64,000 nucleotides of DNA, taken from NCBI GenBank assembly GCA_017940005.1, contig JAGAZO010000018.1, positions 34,030 through 98,029 on the forward strand, given 5' to 3'. Source of the DNA: Treponema sp. (GTDB lineage Bacteria; Spirochaetota; Spirochaetia; Treponematales; Treponemataceae). The position numbers and the translations under genes were made by a program. This document shows, piece by piece, positions 59,465 to 64,000 of the stretch. Under the pieces are notes generated by a model. That model was not told where the DNA came from. It saw only the letters and a program-made list of their open reading frames with translations, and did not search any database. Numbering within the stretch: position 1 is the first letter of the stretch; each line of letters opens with the position of its first letter.

Positions 59465-60541
59465 TTATTTAATAAGTCCAGTAGCAGAAGCCGCTACGGT
59501 AGTTCTGCCAGATTTTATTGCCTCAAACGCTTCGTTTGCACGGCGCTGTGCTTCTGCAGAAAGGTTTGGATTTTGAACAGGAATGCCAACACCGTCGTTT
59601 GCTGCAGTAAACTCAAGTTCTTTTCCACCGGGGAATGTGCCTTCAAGCTCTGCTTTTATCATGTCGAATACAGCGCGATCGAGGAATTTCATTGCTGATG
59701 TGAGCACTGCGCTCTTTCCGTTCGGCATGATGCCATCGTTATACTGGTCTACGTCTACACCAACACACCATACATCTTTACCTGTTGAGCGACGTGTCTT
59801 TGCTTCATTGATAACACCAACACCAACGCCACCAGCAGCCGCGTGAATGACCTTAACGCCGTTGTCAAACATTGTAGCGGCAATCTGCTGTCCCGCCGCA
59901 ACATCAGTGAATGTACCCTGATACACGACGTTTTTCGCCTGAATAGAGATTTTTGTGCCGAAATGTTCATTCGCGTATTTAATGCCCTGCTGCCAGCCCC
60001 AGTTGAATTTCTGCACAGCAGGAATTTCCATACCGCCGATAAAACCAAATTCACCTTCTTTTACGTGAACAGCAGCTGCTACACCAGCTATAAACGCAGA
60101 CTGATTTTCAAGCCACGAAATTGCTGCAACGTTTGAGCCTGTTCTGTATGTAGAATAATCTGCGCTATGTGGCTGTCCGTCGAGAATGACAAATTTGACA
60201 TTCGGATATCTGTCTTGTGCCACATAAACAGCTGTTTCAAATTTATAGCCCGGACAGACAATCATTTGATACCCTGCGTCTGCGAGATTGCTGATTTCTT
60301 TGAGGTAATCTGCTTCTGTCGTGCCTGACGGCTTCAGATATTTGCAAGAAATACCTAACTCTTTTTGTGCGCGTACAATGCCTTCCCAAGCGCCCTGATT
60401 GAACGATTTGTCGTCAATTGTTCCTGCATCAGTGACCATGCCAACACGAAGCGATTTCCCCGACGATGCATCGTTTGTTCCCATTGCAAATACGAGCGTT
60501 GCTGCAAACAATGTACATAAAAGTGTGATAATTTTCTTCAT
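59465..60541 (-). CDS. BMP-family (purine nucleoside-type) substrate-binding protein
   Basis: DAGTIDDKSFNQGAWEG, GGMEIP, AAGGVG, IGVD-like VGVDVDQ, SAMK. Confidence 0.93.
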   Translation of the reverse strand: MKKIITLLCTLFAATLVFAMGTNDASSGKSLRVGMVTDAGTIDDKSFNQGAWEGIVRAQKELGISCKYLKPSGTTEADYLKEISNLADAGYQMIVCPGYKFETAVYVAQDRYPNVKFVILDGQPHSADYSTYRTGSNVAAISWLENQSAFIAGVAAAVHVKEGEFGFIGGMEIPAVQKFNWGWQQGIKYANEHFGTKISIQAKNVVYQGTFTDVAAGQQIAATMFDNGVKVIHAAAGGVGVGVINEAKTRRSTGKDVWCVGVDVDQYNDGIMPNGKSAVLTSAMKFLDRAVFDMIKAELEGTFPGGKELEFTAANDGVGIPVQNPNLSAEAQRRANEAFEAIKSGRTTVAASATGLIK

Positions 60542-60638
60542 TTTTTTCTCCTAAAATGGAAATAGTATACTAATAAGTGTATCACCGTAACAACAAAAAA
60601 GCAAGCTATTTTTTCACCAGTTTTTTGATTTTTGTATT

Positions 60639-61901
60639 TTACATATACATCATAACAGCATCAGATTTTTTATCACGTGACAAATCTTCCGTCCTATGCA
60701 ATAACTTTACAGTGAGCAAATCGCCGGAAAAAATTGCTGCGTCAGAGGCATTTACTGCAAGCGTAAGCCCGTATTCGCTGCACGCATAGTAGCCGTGCTG
60801 TAGTCCAGGCAAGGAGATTCTATCGCTTGCAATGCGCAGCTGCACAACAGTATCGAGAGCAGAAGCAGAAACTTGTTGTATATTTGATGCCAACACAAAA
60901 CTCGTAACAATGCGCTCTTTTTGGATACCTGCATCGGCAGCAATCTTTTTTAAGGCAGGAGGAGTATTTTTAGTTGTAAAAACAAAATTACACCATTTCG
61001 ATTTTCCCCCCTTCCGTGCATTCAGCCCATCCATTGCGCATTTTTTTTCGTGTGGACACGGCGCAATGATTTTCAACTTTTTTTCAATTAATAAATCGCG
61101 CATTAAACTGATTATGCGAGCATTGTGCGGTACGCCGGGTTCGAGTACAAGCACGCTGCATTTTTTTGCGCCATATGCAAGCAGCTGTAACACAACTGTT
61201 TTTGCAAAAGCAACATCGCGCTGTACAGTCGTATCGCATATTTCATTCAGCATATCTGCACAGGTAACAAGCTGCGCTTTTTGATGTAGTACTGTGCCGA
61301 GCGCTCCTTTTACACGTATAATTTTCCAACATCTCTCTGCATTTTTGTTTGACGGTGGGGTACGTGCCGCAATCGATAAATAGAGATTTTCTCCAAGCGT
61401 AAGTGAAGCCTGTGAAATATCAAGGCAATACCACGTGAGTTTTTTATTGCGCAATTCAGGACACGCAAGCCACAATGCAATTACCACTGTAAGCGGTCCG
61501 CTGCCAACATCAACGCATACGTTGCCGTCATTAAGCGGGAATGAAATAGCGCCAAGATTTGCAAAAATTTCTGCAAAACGAATTATGTTCCACCACGAAA
61601 AATAACGCACATATGCAGAAAGCGTTGCTGTTGTATTCATGTAGCCAAGCCTGCGCTTGCCACGCTCATCGGTAAGCCCGTGCGAAAGCGTGCGTACAAC
61701 TTTTGGGAGCGAAAGCCGCTGCTTGCTGTTCATTGGAAATACGCTCTGCACAATCTCGTCAAAAGCATTGATAACACGGTGGGCATCTTCAGGAATTGCA
61801 GAAGAGGAAAACAGATGCGTATTTTTAATAATTTTTGCATTAGGTATTTTATTAATTGATGCATACTCTATGCTATCGAATTCATCGCTCATTCGTTTCA
61901 T
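60639..61901 (-). CDS. Rsm22-like SAM-dependent methyltransferase
   Basis: AYVRYFSWWN, DVGSGP, LEPG, APCPHE..C. Confidence 0.8.
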   Translation of the reverse strand: MKRMSDEFDSIEYASINKIPNAKIIKNTHLFSSSAIPEDAHRVINAFDEIVQSVFPMNSKQRLSLPKVVRTLSHGLTDERGKRRLGYMNTTATLSAYVRYFSWWNIIRFAEIFANLGAISFPLNDGNVCVDVGSGPLTVVIALWLACPELRNKKLTWYCLDISQASLTLGENLYLSIAARTPPSNKNAERCWKIIRVKGALGTVLHQKAQLVTCADMLNEICDTTVQRDVAFAKTVVLQLLAYGAKKCSVLVLEPGVPHNARIISLMRDLLIEKKLKIIAPCPHEKKCAMDGLNARKGGKSKWCNFVFTTKNTPPALKKIAADAGIQKERIVTSFVLASNIQQVSASALDTVVQLRIASDRISLPGLQHGYYACSEYGLTLAVNASDAAIFSGDLLTVKLLHRTEDLSRDKKSDAVMMYM

Positions 61902-62229
61902 GTGCTCTGTATTTCCGTACCAAAAGAAATGTTGTTGTTAAGTCTGCACGCAGGTTGTGAATATTCTGAATTGTGTCGGCAATGCTGTCAATGTTATCTG
62001 CTTCTTCAATGATTTGGCTTCGCGCACCTTCAATCGTAAATTTTTTTTCAGTGATAAGAAATTTCAAACGTAGTATTATATCGATTTCGCGCTGAGAATA
62101 TACGCGTCTACCCGCCATATTTTTTTGTGGCGCAAATCCTGGAATAACGCTTTCCCAATAGCGCAGTGTATGAGCTTTTACGCCGGTAATATCTTCTACA
62201 TCACCGATAGAATATAATGCCATTGGCAA
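61882..62229 (-). CDS. MerR-family transcriptional regulator
   Basis: YSIGDVEDITGVKAHTLRYWE..GRRVY..TIEGA. Confidence 0.93.
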   Translation of the reverse strand: MPMALYSIGDVEDITGVKAHTLRYWESVIPGFAPQKNMAGRRVYSQREIDIILRLKFLITEKKFTIEGARSQIIEEADNIDSIADTIQNIHNLRADLTTTFLLVRKYRAHETNER

Positions 62230-62237
62230 TCTCCATT

Positions 62238-63695
62238 TTAACTGCTCACTCTATCTTCCCATTTCTGTCTGCTCGCTTTCAATTCGAGCTGCACGGGAAT
62301 ATTTTCAAAGCCTAAATCTGTTCTAATTTTATTTTTTAAATACGCAATGTACGAGAGCGGAATAACTTCCGGCTTCGTCGCAAAAATCAGAAAAGATACA
62401 GGATTCACGTTTGTTTGCGTCATGTAGCGTACTTTAAAACGCATCGCTTTTGAAGCAGGTGGCGGATACTGCATAAGCCAGTCTTTGAGTGCAAGATTGA
62501 GTACAGACGTGTCTATTTTTTTGTTAAGCTGTTCATGCAATGCAATACACGTATTGAGTAAATCTTTTATACCTTTTCCTTCAAGGGCAGACAGGGCAAG
62601 AATAGGAGCGTACTCCATTTGCCCAAACATAATGTGAATATTTTCCACCATTTTTCTAAATGGCGCGCGTCCTTTTTCTTGCGTGTCCCATTTATTAAGC
62701 GCAAAGATAATACCACGTCCACGTTCATGTGCAAGCGCGCACAGTTTTTTTACTTGCTCATCGAGACCATCTTGTGCGTCAATTAATAAAATTGCAATGT
62801 CGCATTCATTGAGCGTTTTAATTGCACGATTCACTGAATAGTATTCAACATTTTCTTTCACTTTTGATTTTCTGCGTATGCCCGCAGTATCAAGCACTTG
62901 AAAATTCTTCCCTGCATATGTGAATGCGCCTTCAACTACATCGCGTGTTGTACCTGCGTAATCGCTCACAATCGATGCATCTGAATGGGTAAGGTGATTT
63001 GACAGCGTCGATTTTCCTGTATTTGGCTTACCGAGTATTGCAAGACGGATAGCATATTGCTTTTCTGTTTCAATAACGTTTGAAAAATCAAGGCGCGACA
63101 CAACCTTTTCCGAAAGTTCTGAAATATGGTCGCCATGTTCAGCAGAAATAAATACAAGCTCATTGAATCCAAAACGAGCATATTCATATGCCTCAGCTTT
63201 ATTTCTTCCACCTTCAGTTTTATTGACAACTGCAATCACCTTGCTCCAATACGGACGTAGCTCTAAAATTAACTCCTCGTCTTCTGTAGTAAGTGCGTCG
63301 GGTTCAAGTAAAAGCAAAATTACATCTGCCCTTTTCATCAGAGCGCGAGAACGGTTCACAACGAGCTCATCGAGCAGAGCTTCTTGCGTTCCCGCTTTAC
63401 GCTCAAGTTTATAACCTCCCGTATCGACAAGGTACACTGGTTTGCCATTTAAAAACGCCGTGCATTCAACAGGATCACGTGTTACTCCAGGCGTTGGATC
63501 CGTGATGGCAATTTTCTTTTTCATAAAACGATTGAAGAGCGTCGATTTCCCCACATTTGGACGACCCGCAATTACGACAATAGGACAATTCAAAAACGAC
63601 TTGTTTTGCATTTCTTGAGCAGTTTTGTCAATTTTTTCTTCTACTCGTTTTTCTTTGTTCGGTTTTGAAAAATCGGGTTTTGCTTTCTTTGCCAT
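62238..63695 (-). CDS. der: Ribosome biogenesis GTPase Der (EngA)
   Basis: Two G-domains: GRPNVGKST/DTGG/NKTE and GKPNTGKST/DTAG/NKWD. Confidence 0.97.
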   Translation of the reverse strand: MAKKAKPDFSKPNKEKRVEEKIDKTAQEMQNKSFLNCPIVVIAGRPNVGKSTLFNRFMKKKIAITDPTPGVTRDPVECTAFLNGKPVYLVDTGGYKLERKAGTQEALLDELVVNRSRALMKRADVILLLLEPDALTTEDEELILELRPYWSKVIAVVNKTEGGRNKAEAYEYARFGFNELVFISAEHGDHISELSEKVVSRLDFSNVIETEKQYAIRLAILGKPNTGKSTLSNHLTHSDASIVSDYAGTTRDVVEGAFTYAGKNFQVLDTAGIRRKSKVKENVEYYSVNRAIKTLNECDIAILLIDAQDGLDEQVKKLCALAHERGRGIIFALNKWDTQEKGRAPFRKMVENIHIMFGQMEYAPILALSALEGKGIKDLLNTCIALHEQLNKKIDTSVLNLALKDWLMQYPPPASKAMRFKVRYMTQTNVNPVSFLIFATKPEVIPLSYIAYLKNKIRTDLGFENIPVQLELKASRQKWEDRVSS

Positions 63696-63711
63696 ATTAT
63701 TAATTCCATCT

Positions 63712-64000
63712 TTATAAATTATTAATATGTCTTGCAGAAATTGCATGAAGCTCTTCAATGGTAAACTGTGAAAGCGTTTCTTTTATACTGGGAATAAGCT
63801 TTGCACTCATGCTTAACGTACGGAAACCCATTCCTGCAAGCACGAGCACACTATCTTTTTTTCCGGCCATTTCGCCACACACTTCCGCAGGAATGTTTGC
63901 CTTGTACGCACAGTCAAGCGTGCGTGCTATGAAACGTAACACTGCAAGATTAAATTCGTCGTACAAACTTGCAACAGATTGATTTTCACGATCAACAGCA
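63712..64000 (-). CDS. ptsI: PEP-protein phosphotransferase (PTS enzyme I) C-terminus, 5' part outside the window
   Basis: VDREN..AVLRFI..VCGEMAG..LAGMG..LSMS. Confidence 0.9.
   Translation of the reverse strand, partial: AVDRENQSVASLYDEFNLAVLRFIARTLDCAYKANIPAEVCGEMAGKKDSVLVLAGMGFRTLSMSAKLIPSIKETLSQFTIEELHAISARHINNL

Overview
Bacterial chromosomal window, most likely a Treponema-like spirochete. This is inferred from FGE-domain lipoproteins, an omptin, a BMP protein, a TdeIII/MjaII-family R-M system and an Asp-type MurA. Positions 1 to about 15.1 kb form an AT-rich accessory or defence island. It holds a membrane-anchored UvrD/HelD helicase with a nuclease insert (missing from the ORF track because it runs off the edge), an HNH + PIN-GNAT-ASCH + ASCH operon, XRE regulators, a frameshifted FGE lipoprotein with a DGR-like C-terminus, a type II R-M pair and a solo PD-(D/E)xK nuclease. 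The rest is mostly housekeeping: a two-component system, an M16 peptidase pair, an ABC transporter, hisIE/hisD, def-fmt, recR-ybaB-dnaX, lysA, murA, pepT, an MCP, der and the ptsI end. Hidden non-ORF signals are a deletion-collapsed type II cas1 and a collapsed higBA between hisIE and hisD, a DnaA-box cluster with no dnaA nearby, a family of REP-like palindromes with compensatory base changes, and repeated Ala/Ser/Asn-rich in-frame insertions in core enzymes. No rRNA, intact tRNA or CRISPR array was recognised. All family calls come from motif recognition by eye, with no database searches.
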